Below, piece by piece: positions 62,831-64,000 of a DNA stretch of 64,000 nt. The notes beneath the pieces were generated by a model. The model saw only the letters and a program-made list of their open reading frames with translations. It did not search any database and was not told the DNA's origin. Source of the stretch: Octopus vulgaris (lineage: Eukaryota); contig OX597838.1 in the NCBI GenBank assembly GCA_951406725.2, forward strand, positions 12,710,001 to 12,774,000. The letters run 5' to 3'. Position numbers and translations under genes: made by a program. How positions within the stretch are numbered: position 1 is the first letter of the stretch; each line of letters begins with the position of its first letter.

Positions 62831-63035
62831 AGGCAGTGAGCTGGCAGAATCGTTAGCACGCCGGACAAAATGCTTAGTGCCATTTCATCTGTTTTTACGT
62901 TCTGAGTTCAAATTCCGCCGAGGTCAACTTTGCCTTTCATCCTTTCAGGGTCGTTTAAATAAGTACCAATTATGCACTGGGGCCGATGTAATTGACTTAA
63001 TCCCTTTGTCTGTCCTTGTTTGTCCCCTCTATGTG
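62831..63035 (+). mobile_element. SINE family B copy
   Basis: Consensus match, 3' clipped. Confidence 0.83.
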
Positions 63036-63234
63036 TAATGAAAAAATAGTTTCACCCTTCCACAGCAAAACCTACACTTTTTCAATTTTTCATATCTTGG
63101 CATCTGAAGCAGCTGGGGATAGGATAATTTGACAAAAAAGAATCGGTTATTGCAATCAAAAATAAATATTGGTAAAAAAAATTTTTCAAAACCCGTGTTT
63201 GGACATACGACAGTTTAACATAATAGCAATGATA

Positions 63235-63290
<56 letters not shown>

Positions 63291-63687
63291 AGTATGGCTG
63301 TGTTAAGAAGTTTGCTTCTCAACCACTTCCTTTTGGATTCAGTCCCACTGCATGGCACCTTGAGCAAGTATTTTCTATAGCCCAGGCCAACCAAACACTT
63401 GAGTGGATCTGGTAGATGAAAACTGTAAGAAGCCTATTGTATATATGTGCATGTATTTGTTATTGTCTCCTTGCCATGACGTGTGATAATCATGAACAAG
63501 TGTCATACAAGCAGTTTTTTCATTTCCAGTGTTCTGTGGAAATATGTCTAGCCATGGAAAATTATTTTACTTGGCAACAGGAAGGGGCATCCTGCTGTTG
63601 GAAATCTGCCCCTACAAGTCCAATCTGATTTTATGCAAACATGTAACAGTGAATGTTGAAATAATTTTATATATATATATATATATA

Positions 63688-63920
63688 AGGTGGTGATCTG
63701 GCAGAAACGTTAGCACGCCGGGCGAAATGCGTAGCCGTATTTTGTCTGTCGTTACGTTCTGAGTTCAAATTCCACCGAGGTTGACTTTGCCTTTCGTCCT
63801 TTCGGGGTCGATAAATTAAGTACCAGTTGCGCACTGGGGTCGATGTAATCGACTTAATCCCATTATATGTCCTTGTTTGTTCCCTCTGTGTTTAGCCCCT
63901 TGTGGGTAGTAAAGAAATAT
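63688..63920 (+). mobile_element. SINE family B copy
   Basis: Full-length match. Confidence 0.88.
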
Positions 63921-64000
63921 ATAATATATATATATAATCATTTAAACATTATACACACTTAAATTTCAATGTGGTTTGTCTTTGATCCATTCTTTCAGTT

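Overview
AT-rich, repeat-dense eukaryotic DNA, most likely an octopus (inferred from the SINE/MITE repertoire and microsatellite load; not verified). The one well-supported host coding feature is a 2,454-bp phase-1/phase-1 exon (51135-53588, +) of an unidentified, largely disordered protein. Its candidate start exon ends ATG-AAA-G|GT at 14319-14325 in a CpG-rich region, which implies a ~37-kb intron unless small exons were missed. The rest is mobile DNA and simple repeats: several tRNA-headed SINE families, an RTE-tailed element with an internal VNTR, fragments of RTE, BovB-like and CR1 LINEs, Helitrons (one with a Rep-helicase remnant), a Tc1 remnant, and hAT and TTAA (piggyBac-type) MITEs. 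The most unusual signal is a set of minimal type-I hammerhead-ribozyme-like motifs in four short non-coding element types: a tRNA-headed SINE with a hammerhead tail (30.7-30.95 kb), a hammerhead closed by a 31-bp stem (42.56-42.67 kb), a compact one at 42.2 kb, and two palindromic back-to-back double-hammerhead elements (24.2 and 61.6 kb). Together they suggest a Penelope-like/retrozyme-like RNA mobilome. All motifs were read by eye and most carry core substitutions, so activity is unproven. Family names A-G are local labels. Almost all entries in the ORF track are artefacts of microsatellites and SINEs.
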